A program made the position numbers and the translations under genes. The notes beneath the pieces are model-generated. The model was not told the origin of the DNA. It searched no databases and saw nothing but the letters and a program-made list of their open reading frames with translations. From the human T2T-CHM13v2.0 reference genome, Homo sapiens, in the NCBI RefSeq assembly GCF_009914755.1, contig NC_060928.1: a DNA stretch of 64,000 bases; one strand, given 5' to 3'. Shown piece after piece: positions 1 to 12,400 of this stretch; the stretch's first letter is position 1, and every line of letters begins with the position of its first letter.

Positions 1-307
1 GAGGAAAAGGGAAACGAGGCAGCTTTCCCAAAGCTGCAGCACTCCAAGGACCTCCTCTCCCACATGTGTTGTCAAATGACACCTTCCAGGAGCTGCAGAC
101 ACCGCAGTGTGTCATTCCCCGATGGAGCAGGATGAAGCAGAAGCCAGAAAACGTGCTGGAGTCCCACAAATGCCCCAAGCGGGAGACCAAGAACAAAACA
201 AAAAGTACAGAAAAAGTAGAAAGGTTTCAAGACAACCGAAGAGGTTTCAGTGTGGTTATTTACAACAGAGACTGTAAAATAATGGTAAATTAGATATGAA
301 GCTAAAA

Positions 308-372
308 AAGGCACAGCTTTCCCTTTCTTAAATACACTGTAAACGGTTCATTATGCATGCAGGACATTGCAC
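308..372 (-). promoter_or_regulatory. Cluster of miRNA seed matches (miR-124, miR-204/211, miR-30, miR-25/92)
   Basis: Plus strand AAGGCAC 308-314, TTCCCTTT 319-326, TGTAAAC 338-344, ATTGCAC 366-372. Confidence 0.6.
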
Positions 373-1002
373 TTTACAAAAAAAAATTACCTTGTTTAGA
401 CAAAGATAGTACTTAAATAGTCTCCAGCAAAATAGAATTCTTTCAAAAATACTTTCCCATTCATCCTATTAACCATTAAAGATTTTTTTTGTATGTGTCT
501 CATTTACAAAAGATCCTTATACCTTATTTCAGGTCCTTCATAATTTATACATACAGTAATGTACAGCACAGCAAAAGACTGCAAAAAATTATTTGTAAAG
601 CCAACACAATAGATACTAGAAATCAAACCAAGGCATTTAACATCATCTTATCCATTCTAATTAAATAAGAAATGGACGCTAACGAGTGTGTATACCAGTG
701 ATGCAGAAGACCGTGGACGAGCGAGGGCTCAGAGGCAGCTGCTGCCCCACGCCACGAGTTCTGTTATTACACAACAGGAATCTGTATATATTTTTTTATT
801 ATTTTTTTGTGTTTTTTTAATAACAAAAGAATATTAATGCCCCATATTGACTATACGTTTTATGTGCAAACCAAGGGTAAGCTTTAAAACGTTCGTTAGT
901 CCTTGAACCCTTTTAAAACAAGCGAACGATACCAGAAACTACACGGCATAGTTAAAACTTCTTCCATCTGTGAAAATATCAAAATCAGAGTTATTGACTA
1001 GA

Positions 1003-1018
1003 TATGGCTTTTCATCCC
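1003..1018 (-). promoter_or_regulatory. miR-135a/b 8mer target site with extended pairing
   Basis: Plus strand TATGGCTTTTCATCCC versus miR-135b-5p UAUGGCUUUUCAUUCC (recalled). Confidence 0.75.
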
Positions 1019-1268
1019 GAGGAACAGGAACATGTTTCTAAGCGCTGGGGGATTGGAGGTGGGGAATCCTTCAGACTGCTCTGGTCTCGCCAAATCCACG
1101 GAAAAACAGCTTTCCCGGCTCCAAACCTCTGACATGACTTTAAACTTGAGAAACTGTTGAACAAGTGTGAATCAACCATCACATGTTAAAAACAGGTTTT
1201 CTTGGGTCCTTCTGGGTGTGGAACAACACAGGGAAACTTAAGGCAAAGTTCTTCTGGGCAGCGGGCAG

Positions 1269-1520
<252 letters not shown>

Positions 1521-2188
1521 TTAGAAAGCCTCCCAGGAGACCATGTCTTCATTAATTGAGCAGAGTCATCTGTCCTGGGAGAGGAAGAAGGGTGCTCACA
1601 TCACCCATGTCATCTGCCTTTCATGGAAAACAAACAAATTCAGCTGAGAGCTGAATTTTGAGCACTGAATGTATGAGCTGAAACAGGGACAGTGACAGAG
1701 TTAACAGTGACTGGGTCACTGAACTGCACTCATCAAATTCTAATTTCTAAATGTGTGCCTACACGTGTATCTTTGTATTGGTGAGGGGCCTTCCCAGGGT
1801 GTAAGGTGGGCTGGTGGGAAGGGGCAAGTGCTGGCCCAGGGTCTAAGCACCACAGATGCCCAGGAGGGTGAGGAGCAGGACAGAGCACTGCACAGGCAGC
1901 TGTGGTGTTCCCCTAACTGGGCCCGCCAATGGAGCTGCCGCCAAGGGGCCAGCTGGCACTTCCACCTGCAGCCCCAGGCCCTCTTTCCTTCTTTGTGGGT
2001 GCCTGCCCTGTAGGGGCAGACCTGAGACTCTTCAGCTACTTCCTATTTCAGGCTGATTTTGAGACAGTGAAATACATCAAGGACAAGTTCTGGGGTGTCC
2101 CCCTAGCTCATTTTCCCTACTCTGTGAACCAAGAACTTTTCTCAGCCCCTCCAGACCTGACCTACTCCTACTTTATTAAAAAAAAATT

Positions 2189-5100
2189 GGAGGCTGGCAA
2201 TACGGCCAAATAGGAACAGCTCTGGTCTGCAGTTCCCAGTGAGATCAATGCACAAGGTGGGTGATTGCTGCATTTCCAACTGAGGTACCCGGCTTATCTC
2301 ATTTGGACTGGTTAGACGGTGGGTGTAGCCCACAGAGGGTGAGCTGAAGCAGGGTGGGGCGTCGCCTCACCCGGGAAGTGCAAGGGGTTGGGGAACTCCC
2401 TCCCCTAGCCAAGGGAAGCCATGAGGGGGACTGTGCTGTAACAGTGCATTCTGGCCCAGATACTACACTTTTCCCAGGGTCTTCACAACCCATAGACCAG
2501 GAGATTCCCTTGGGTGCCTATGCCACCAGGGCCCTGGGTTTCAAGCACAAAACTGGGCACTGGTTAGGGCAGACACTGAGCTAGCTGCAGTTTTTTTTTT
2601 TTTTTTTCATACCCCAGTGGCATCTGGAACACCAGCGAGACAGAACCGTTCACTTCCCTAGAAAGGGGGCCGAAGCCAAGGAGCCAAGCTGTTTAGCTCA
2701 GCGGATCCCACCACCACGGAGCCTAGCAAGCTAAGATCCACTGGCTTGAAATTCTTGCTGCCAGCACAGCAGTCTGAAGTCGACCCGGGATGCTCGAGCT
2801 TGGTGGGGGAAGGGGGGAGGAGCATCCGCCATTACTGAGGCTTGAGTAGGCGGTTTTGCCCTCCCAGTGTAAACAGAGCCACCGGGAAGTTCCAAGTGGG
2901 TAGAGCACACTGCAGCTCCCCAAAACCACTGTAGCCAGACTGCCTCACTAGATTCCTCCTCTCTGGGCAAAGCATCTCTGAAAGAAAGGCAGCAGCCCCA
3001 GTCAGGGGCTTATAGATAAAACCCCATCTCCCTGGGACAGAGCAACTGGGGGAAGGGGTGGCTGTGGGCACAGCTTCAGCAGACTTAAATGTTCCTGCCT
3101 GCCGGCTCTGAAGAGAGCAGTGGTTCTCCCAACACAGCACTAGAGTTCTGCTAAGGGACGGACTGCCTCCTGAAGTGGGTCCCTGATCCCTGTGCCTCCT
3201 GACAAAGAGACACCTCATACAGGAGAGCTTCACCTGGCATCTGGCGGGTGCCCCATTGGGACAAAGCCTCCAGGCAGCGATCTTTGCTGTTCTGCAGCCT
3301 CCACTGGTGATACCCAAGCAAACAGGGTCTGGAGTGGACCTCCAGCAAACTCCAGCAGACCTGCAGCAGAGGGGCCTGACTGGTAGAAGGAAAACTAACA
3401 AAGGAAGGGCATCAACATCAACAAAAAGGATGTCCACAAAGAAACCTCATCTGAAGGCCACCAACATCAAAGACCAAAGGTAGATAAATCCATGAAGATG
3501 GGGAGAAACCAGTGCAAAAAAGCCTGAAAATTCGAAAAACCAGAACGCCTCTTCTCCTACAAAGGATCACAACTCCTCGTCAGCAAGGGAACAAAACAGG
3601 ATGGAGAATGAGTTTCACGAATTGACAGAAGTAGGCTTCAGAAGGTGGATAATAACAAACTCCTCTGAGCTAAAGGAGCAATGCAAGGAAGCTAAGAACC
3701 TTGAAAAAAGACGAATTGTTAACTAGAATAACCAGTTTAGAGAAGAATATAAATGACCTGATGGAGCTGAAAAACACAGCACAAGAACTTCGTGAAGCAT
3801 ACACAATTATCAATAGCTGAACTGATCAAGCGGAAGAAAGAATATCAGAGATTTAAGATCAACTCAAAGGAATAAAGCAAGAAAAGAAGATGAGAGAAAA
3901 AAGAGTGAAAAAGAAACGAACAAAGCCTCCAAGAAATACAGGACTATGAAAAGACCAAATCTACGTTTAATTGGTGTAACTGAAAGTGAAGGGGAGAATA
4001 GAACCAAGTTGGAAAACACTCTTCAGGATATTATCCAGGAGAACTTCCCCAACCTAGCAAGACAGGCCAACAAATTCAGGAAATACAGAGAACACCACAA
4101 AGATACTCCACAAGAAGAGCAACTCCAAGACACAGAATAGTCAGATTCGCCAAGGTTGAAATGAAGGAAAAATGTTAAGGGGAAGCCAGAGAGAAAGGTC
4201 GGGTTACCCACAAAGTGGGAAGCCCATCAGAATAACAGCAGATCTCTCTGCAGAAACCCTACAAGCCAGAAGAGAGTGGGGGCCAATATTCAACATTCTT
4301 AAAAGAATTTTCAACCCAGAATTTCATATCTAGCTAAACTAAGCTTCATAAGTGAAGGAGAAATAAAATTCTTTACAGACAAGCAAATGCTGAGAGATTC
4401 TATCACCACCAGGCCTGCGTTACAAGAGCTCCTGAAGGAAGCGCTAGACATGGAAAGGAACAACTAGTACCAGCCACTGCAAAAACATACCAAATTGTAA
4501 AGACCATCGATGCTATGAAGAAACTGCATCAACTAATGGGCAAAACAACCAGCTAGCATCATAATGACAGGATTAAATTCACACATAACAGTGGCCTTAA
4601 ATGTAAACAGGCTAAATCCCCCAGTTAAAAGACACAGTCTGGCAAATTCAATCAAGAGTCAAAATCCATCGGTGTGCTGTATTCAGAAGACCCATTTCAC
4701 GTGCAAAGACACATATAGTCTCAAAATAAAGGGATGGAGGAAGATTTACCAAGCAAATGGAAAGCAAAAATAGCAGGGGTTCCAATCCTAGTGTCTGATA
4801 AAACAGACTTTAAACCAACAAAGATCAAAGGAGGGCATTACATAATGGTAAAGGGATCAATGCAAAAAGAAGTGCTAACTATCCTAAATATATATGCACC
4901 CAATACAGGACCACCCAGATTCATAAAGCAAGTACTTAGAGACATACACAGAGACTTAGACTCCCACACAATAATATTGGGAGACTTTAACACCCCACTG
5001 TCAATATTAGATCAATGAGACAGAAAATTAACAAAGATATTCAGGACTTGAACTCAGCTCTGGACCAAGCAGACCTAATAGACATCTACAGAACTCTCCA

Positions 5101-8100
5101 CCCCAAATCAACAGAACATACATTCTTCTCAGCACCTCATCGCACTTTTTCTAAAATTGACCACGTAATTGGAAGTAAAACACTCCTTAGCAAATGCAAA
5201 AGAAAGGAAACAACAGTCTGTCAGACCACAGTGCCATCGAATTAGAACTCAGGATTAAGAAACTCACTCAAAACACACAACCACATGGAAACCGAAAAAC
5301 CTGCTCCTGAATGATTCTTGGGTAAATAATGAAATTAAGGTAGAAATAAATAAGTTCTTTGAAACCAATGAGAGCAAAGACACAATGTACCAGAATCTGT
5401 GGGACACAGCTAAAGCAGTGTTCAGACGGAAATTTATAGCACTAAATGCCCACAGGAGACAGCAGGAAGGATCTAAAGTTGATACCCTAACATCACAATT
5501 AAAAGAACTAGAGAAGCAAGAGCAAACAAATTCAAAAGCTAGCAGAAGGCAAGAAATAAGATCAGAGCAGAACTGAAGGAGATAGGGACATGAAAAATCC
5601 TTCAAAAAAATCAATGAATCCAGGGGCTGGTTTTTTTTGAAAAGATCAACAAAATAGATAGACTGCCAGACTAATGAAGAAAAGAGAGAAGAATCAAACA
5701 CAATAAAAAATGATAAAGTAGATGTCACCACTGATCCCACAGAAATACAAATTACCATCAGAGAATACTATAAGCACCTCTATGCAAATAAACTAGAAAA
5801 TCTAGAAGAAATGGATAAATTTCTGGACACACACCCTCTCAAGTCTAAACCAGGAAGAAGTCGAATGCCTGAACAGACCAATAACAAGTTCTGAAATTGG
5901 GCAGTAATTAATAGCCTACCAACCAAAAAAAGTCCAGGACTGGACGGATTCACAGCCAGATTTTACCAGAGGTACAAAGAGGAGCTGGTACCATTCCTTC
6001 TGAAACTATTCCAAACAATAGAAAAAGAGAGACTCCTCCCTAACTCATTTTATGAGGCCAGCATCGTCCTGATACCCAAACCTTGCAGAGACACAACAAA
6101 AAATGAAAATTTCAGGCCAATTTCCCTGATGACCATTGATGCAAAAATCCTCAATAAAATACGGGCAAACTGAATCCAGCAGCACATTAAAAAGCTTATC
6201 TACCACGATCAAGTCGGCTTCATCCCTGGGATGCAAAGCTGGCTCAACATACACAAATCAATAAATGTAATCCATTACATAAACAGAACCAATGACAAAA
6301 ACCACATGGTTATCTCAATAGATGCAGAAAAGGCCTTTGATAAAATTTAACATGGCTTCATGCTAAAAACTCCCAATAGCTGGGCGCGGTGGCTCACGCC
6401 TGTTATCCCAGCACTTTGAGAGGCTGAGGTGGGCGGATCACTTGAGGTCAGGAGTTTGAGATCAGCCTGGCTAAAATGGTGAAACCCTGTCTCCACTTAA
6501 AAAAATAAATAAATAAATTAGCCAGGCATGGTGGCATACACCTGCAATCCCAGCTACTCAGGAGGCAGAGGCAGGAGAATTGATAGAACCTGAGAAGTGG
6601 AGGTTGCAGTGAGCCAAGATTGCACCACTGCAATCCAGCCTGAGTGACAGAGCGAGACTGTCTCAAAAAACAGACAAAAAAATAAACTAGGTATTGATGG
6701 AACATATCTCAAAATAGCTATTTCTGCCAAACCCACAGCCAATATCATACTGAATGGACAACAACTGGAAGCATTCCCTTCGAAAACCGGCACAATACAA
6801 GGATGCCCTCTCTCACTTCTATTCAACATAGTATTAGAACTTCTGGCCAGGGCAATCAGGCAAGAGAAAGAAAGAAAGGGTATTCAAATAGGAAGACAGG
6901 AAGTCAAATTGTCTCTGTTTGCAGATGACATGATTATATTTAGAAAACCCCATCATCTCAGCCCAAAATCTTAAGCCGATAAGCAACTTCAGCAAAGTCT
7001 CAGGATACAAAATCAGTGTGCAAAAGTTACAAGCATTCCTATACACCAATAATAGACAAACAGCCAAATCATTAGTGAACTCCCATTCACAATTGCTACA
7101 AACAGAATAAAATAACTAGGAATACAACATACAAGGGATGTGAAGGACATCTTCAAGTCTCAAGGAAATAAGAGATGACACAAGTGGAAAAGCATTCCAT
7201 GCTCATGAATAGGAAGAACAAATATCATGAAAATGGCCGTACTGCCCAAAGTAATTTATAGATTCAATGCTATCCCCACCAGCTATCATTGACTTTCTTC
7301 ACAGAATTAGAAAAAAACTACTTCAAATTTCATATGGAACCAAAAAAGAGCCCGCATAGCCAAGATAATCCTAAGCAAAAAACAAAGCTGGAGGCATCAT
7401 GCTACCTGACTTTATACTACAAGGATAAAGTAAAACAGATATATAGACCAATGGAACAGAACAGAACAGAGGCCTCAGAAATAATGCCACACATCTACAA
7501 CCATCTGATCTTTGACAAACCTGAAAAAACAATGGGGAAAGGATCCTCTATTTAATAAACGGTACGGCGAAAACTGGCTAGCCATATGCAGAAAACTGAA
7601 ACTGGACCCCTTCCTTATACCTTATACAAAAATCAACTCAAGATGGATTAAAGACTTAAACATAAGACCTAAAACCATAACAACCCCTAGAAGAAAACCT
7701 AGCCAGCCAATACCATTCAGGACGTAGGCATGGGCAAAGACTTCATGACTAAAACACCAAAAGCAATGGCAACAACAGCCAAAATGGACAAATGGCATCT
7801 AATAAACTAAAGAGCTTCTGCACAGCAAAAGAAACTATCATCAGAGTGAACAGGCAACCTACAGAATGGGAGAAAATTTTTGCAATCTATCCATCTGACA
7901 CAGGGCTAATATCCAGAATCTACAAAGAACTTAAATTTACAAGAAAAAAACAACCCCATCAAAAAGTGGGCAAAGGATATGAAGAGACTCTTCTCAAAAG
8001 AAGACATTTATGCAGCCAACAAACATTTGGAAAAAAGCTCATCATCACTGGTCATTAGAGAAATGCAAATCAAAACCACAATGAGATACCACCTCATGCC

Positions 8101-8757
8101 AGTTAGAATGGTGATCACTAAAAAGTTAGTTAGGAAACAACAGATGCTGGAAAGGATATGGAGAAATAAGAACACTTTTATACTGTTTGTGGGAGTGCAA
8201 ATTAGTTCAAGCATTGTGGAAGACAGTGTGGTGATTCCTCAAGGATCTAGAACTAGAAATATCATTTGACCCAGCAATCCTATTACTGGGTATATACCCA
8301 AAGGATTATAAATCATTCTATTATAAAGACACATGCAGAGGTATGTTTATTGCGGCACTGTTCAAAATAGCAAAGACTTGGAACCAACCCAAATCCCCAT
8401 CAGTGATAGAATGGATAAAGAAAATGTGGCACATACACACCATGGAATACTATGCAGCCATAAAAAGGATGAGTTCATGTCCTTTGCAGGGACATGGATG
8501 AAGCTGGAAACCATCATTCTCAGCAAACTAACACAAGAACAGAAAACCAAACACTGCATGTTCTCACTCATAAGTGGGAGTTGAACAATGAGAACACATG
8601 GACACAGGGAGGGGAACATCACACACTGGGGCCTGTTGGAGGGTGGGGGGCTAGGGGAGGGATGGCATTAGGAGAAATACCTAATGTAGATGACAGGTTG
8701 ATGGGTGCAGCAAACCACCATGGCACGTGTACCCCAGAACTTTAATAACAATTATAA
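2189..8757 (+). mobile_element. Full-length, inactivated primate LINE-1 (L1PA7/8-like), antisense to NR3C2
   Basis: 5'UTR start GGAGGCTGGCAA...GGAACAGCTC. ORF1 remnant ~3498-4500. ORF2 remnant from ATG 4564 (MTGLNSHIT..., endonuclease motif GDFNTPLS). G-rich 3'UTR. Many stops and frameshifts. Confidence 0.95.
6378..6683 (+). mobile_element. AluS inserted in L1 ORF2
   Basis: Dimeric Alu interrupting the L1 sequence ...aaaactcccaata|aactaggtattg. Confidence 0.92.
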
Positions 8758-9229
8758 ATGCAGCACAGCACTACCATTGCACAGCAAGAGCACTGCTATT
8801 CCATTTACTAGGAACAGCAATTCCAAATCAGAAAAAAATTCACTCTAATTTTTCTGTAGTTAGTTCTATATTCCATTATGGGAAAAATGATTTTTGGTCA
8901 TTTCCAAGTGTATTACAGCTGGCAATATGAATGTCACCTGCCACAAAATAACTCTATAGTTTAATAGTCTGGTGAACTTGTATCTGTAACTTACCCTGAT
9001 GATTTTAAAAAACACCCCATTAGCAAGCTTTAATTGAGTCAGATAGTAAATAACTGTTTGGTAAAGGCATCCAATACAAACCAGGAATCAAGAAAATCTC
9101 ATCAGGGAAAAAACTGTCATGCTTCTGTTTGTACCTGTGTCACTGCCCTCAGTCTGCAGAGTGGTATTTTCCTAATCAGCTACCAAGGACTGTGGGGTTT
9201 AATGTGCTCTGCACCCGCAGGATGTTTGG

Positions 9230-9400
9230 GCCCAGAAAGCTGGGAAACAGCACCATGTTCACACACACATGCTATGCCGCAGTTTCCTCATCTGTATCCG
9301 GGCTATAAGAACAGTCTCTGAGCCTCAGAGTTGTTTCAGAGGAATGAATGAGTGACTCAGGTAAAGTGCTTCAAATTCCACCCGACATGGAGCAAGTTAT
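9230..9400 (+). mobile_element. MIR fragment
   Basis: MIR core-like cagtttcctcatctgta...aatgagtgactcaggtaaagtgctt. Confidence 0.6.
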
Positions 9401-12400
9401 TAAAGATGGGGAGAAGTACTGCTGGAGCAAGAGCGCTTTGATTCTGTCCTTCCCAAACTTCTTCCACAATAAAACACCATTTCCCTCTATGGAACACAGT
9501 TTGTGAAACCTGCTCTGTGCCATTCTGGTGGAACTTGGTCCTTGGGTCCCCCTTCTATAAAATGAGGGATGGGAGAACCTTTTTTTTTGCCTTTTCAGGA
9601 ATATTTAAGAAACATGCCATCCCATTTCTGTTTTGTTTTTTCTCATGTGGCAGGACCATGGCTGTCAAAGCTACAGCTACACTGGGTGTGGCACTCCAGA
9701 TGTGCCACCATGAGTCAGCAGTGCCAACTGCTGGGTGGGGATGCTTCCATCAGGCTAGCAGAGTCCTGCACACCCACCGCAGCGCTCGGGACCTCGATGC
9801 CCTGGAGTCCCTCCATGTGGGTGCCTGCAGGGCTGTGAGGGGGACTTTTTCCTTTTCTTACAGTTTTAACCCGAGGGTAGACATCTTGGTTTCTAGGCAG
9901 TATCAACCACCACAAGGACGAGTGTCTGGTGGCCACACCTTTCACATTTCTAGAATTAAGCCTTGTTCTGGGGATAAAGGTTCCCTGTTCTCAGGCCACA
10001 GAGGGTTTGGGGAGGGCCAGCGTCCTTTATCTACAACTCATCCTCACCATCTATCCAGCTAAGTCCCCGAGCACCTGCTCTGTGCCAGGCACTGGGGAAG
10101 CTGCAGTGAACAGATCTCTCAAGGCGTCTGTGTTCTTTTCTACTAAGCAGAAATACACACAGAAAGGCAGGTGCTGCTAGTGTGACGAGGGAAGGGAGGA
10201 GGTGCAGTTCAGAGGGGCTCTCAGGAAAGATGGGCTTGGCACATGACCTGAAGGTCGCATGGCCATTGGGGGACCAGCAAGTGCAGGGTTACCTAGGGAG
10301 TTCCTGAAGAGTGGAGAGGCCTGCCAGCCTACCGACTGACATCCCCAAAAAGTTATACAGCAGGGCCATGGAAGGGTTCATATTGATACACAGGTGACAG
10401 CAACGCTGACACATATGTACTAAGAAAAGGAACAAGTAAGTCGACCCTTGAACAAGAGGCAGCATGCAGCCCAGGCACATCTGTGAACCTGCTAACAGGG
10501 GGAGGTCCTAGGCCCTCTCGGAGCCTCTGTCCCTATCACCCACATAAACATGTCCACAGCATTGAGCATCACCCAGGAGATGCTGAGATAACCAGAACGG
10601 AGAGGGGCTGGGGTTAAGGGCTTGGCTGTTTTTCCTCACAGGTTGGCTGGGGACAGGTGTCCCAGACACTACTCAATAACAATGCATATTAACCTGGGGT
10701 TGGCATTTCCCACCCACCTCTGTTCCGTGTTCCACAGACAGAGAAAGCAGCTCATCCCCAGTCATGAGGGCTTCTGTTTATGCCTCGGTCAGCTGCAGAG
10801 GGATGGGACCTTCGTGCATAACCTGGGCCTGGCATTAGAGCCAGCAGGTGGCATTGGCCTGGCAGCCGGGGGCTGGGCATTTGACTCTGTAAGCATGATG
10901 TCACCAGTGGATGGGGGTGGTGTCACCACCAACTACTACCAGAAAAGGGCTCAGCCTGTGTTGTTGGGGCGGCTAGGATGCCCACAGGGCTGGGTGTGCA
11001 GAAGGCCTCAGCAGCTACCGGAAGTGCTGGCGGCCACAGAAGCCCATCTGGCGCACCCTGCCCTGGGACAAGGCTGAAAACCTCTGCAGGCCTAAATCCT
11101 GAGCCATGACTGCAGTTGCTGATGTCAGGGAACATCTGTGAGAATCCAAGCGGGGGCCCCAGTCACTGGGCGAGGAGAACATGACCAAGCTGGTCTGAGC
11201 TGCAGGTCCTGGGCTCCGTGTGCTCACTGGCCTGCACAGCCTTCCCCCAACCCTGGCCTGCTACAGCCAGTGGGCCAGGGAAGCCTTCAGGGCAGAACCC
11301 ACAGATGCCTGGCCCTTAGCAGATGTTTAAGGTAGGGAGGCGCCACAGTGCAGAGCCCCATCTCAACTGGAAAAATCCAGGCGCGTGAAGTTAGCAGCTG
11401 CAGGTGGTTAGATCTCAAGGAGGTGGGCACAAGACCAGGAGAGCTGGGTGAGATTCACATATCAAACATCTGGGTCAGCATGGATACTGACCAGCCAGAA
11501 TAGATACTGGTTCCTGTGCCACACCGCTGTGTTACGGCAAAGCATCTACCAGTCACCCTGTACATTCATGTGGGCACCTCCTGGGTACCAGCCTGATGTA
11601 GTGCACGGGTACACATTGAGGAATATGCAGACTTGGCCCTTGCCTGAGCCTAAAAAAGCCAGGAAATGAGGATACAAATGCATACAAAGCACTTGTACAT
11701 CATCAGACACTGTCCCCAGTACAGAGCTGATAGAGGCAGGGCAGGCTGAACTCACACCCTGGAAGGGGATTCTGGGCAGGGTAGGAGCCAGGCTGTGCAT
11801 CTCTAAATAAGCACCGTTTCTAGTTGGAACCCAAACTACTATTCCCACTGCAAAGCATGAAACCACCAAGAAGAGTTCAGTTCATCAGGATGTGTCAGTT
11901 TTGGAATGGGGGGAAAAGCCAGACCATCCCAAAGGCCACCTTTCAAAGCAAATTACTTCAGAATGACTGTGGGCACAGCTCTCCCGGGGATGCCCCAGCA
12001 ATTTCCTCAGACACTCACTTGGCATGGAATCATTTTTGGAAAATGTCATGCTCGTGGGCAGCAGCTGCTTCCCCAGTTCTTTCTCTGCAGTCACCTCTTC
12101 CCCGCAGGCCTTCCTGGGGCCCAGCCTGAAGGAGTTCTTTCTGGACTCTCACCTCGCAGATGACACTTTTTTGTTTTTCTCATTTACTTAACAATTAGCC
12201 TTGGAGCCTGGTGACCCCACTTTCTCTTTAACCTGCTGTCCACATCTTTATGGGTTTAACCTGTCCTATTTACGGTGCAGCTCCTTAAACAGCGGCCTGC
12301 AAGCTCCTTGATGGAGGAATCACCTGTCTTATTCCCCACGGCTCCCAGAAGTGGCCCCTTCATGTTTCTGCTGTGCAACCCTGGTGTGGGCTGAGGGCTA

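Larger units (their letters stand above)
1..1268 (-). other. NR3C2: NR3C2 3'UTR (proximal part of terminal exon, continues beyond window start)
   Basis: Directly follows the TGA stop (tca at 1269-1271). AT-rich, no recognisable repeats, several miRNA seed matches. Confidence 0.93.

Noticed and set aside
2832-3437. 201-aa minus-strand ORF
   Set aside because: Antisense L1 5'UTR sequence; no evidence for an independent gene.
3498-8300. L1 ORF1/ORF2 as functional genes
   Set aside because: Multiple stops, frameshifts, deletions and an Alu insertion.
8641-8661. G-quadruplex motif
   Set aside because: Standard feature of L1PA 3'UTRs, not specific to this locus.
9517-11077. 181-aa and 151-aa plus-strand ORFs
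   Set aside because: Non-ATG starts, no recognisable domain, and expected by chance in a GC-richer intron.
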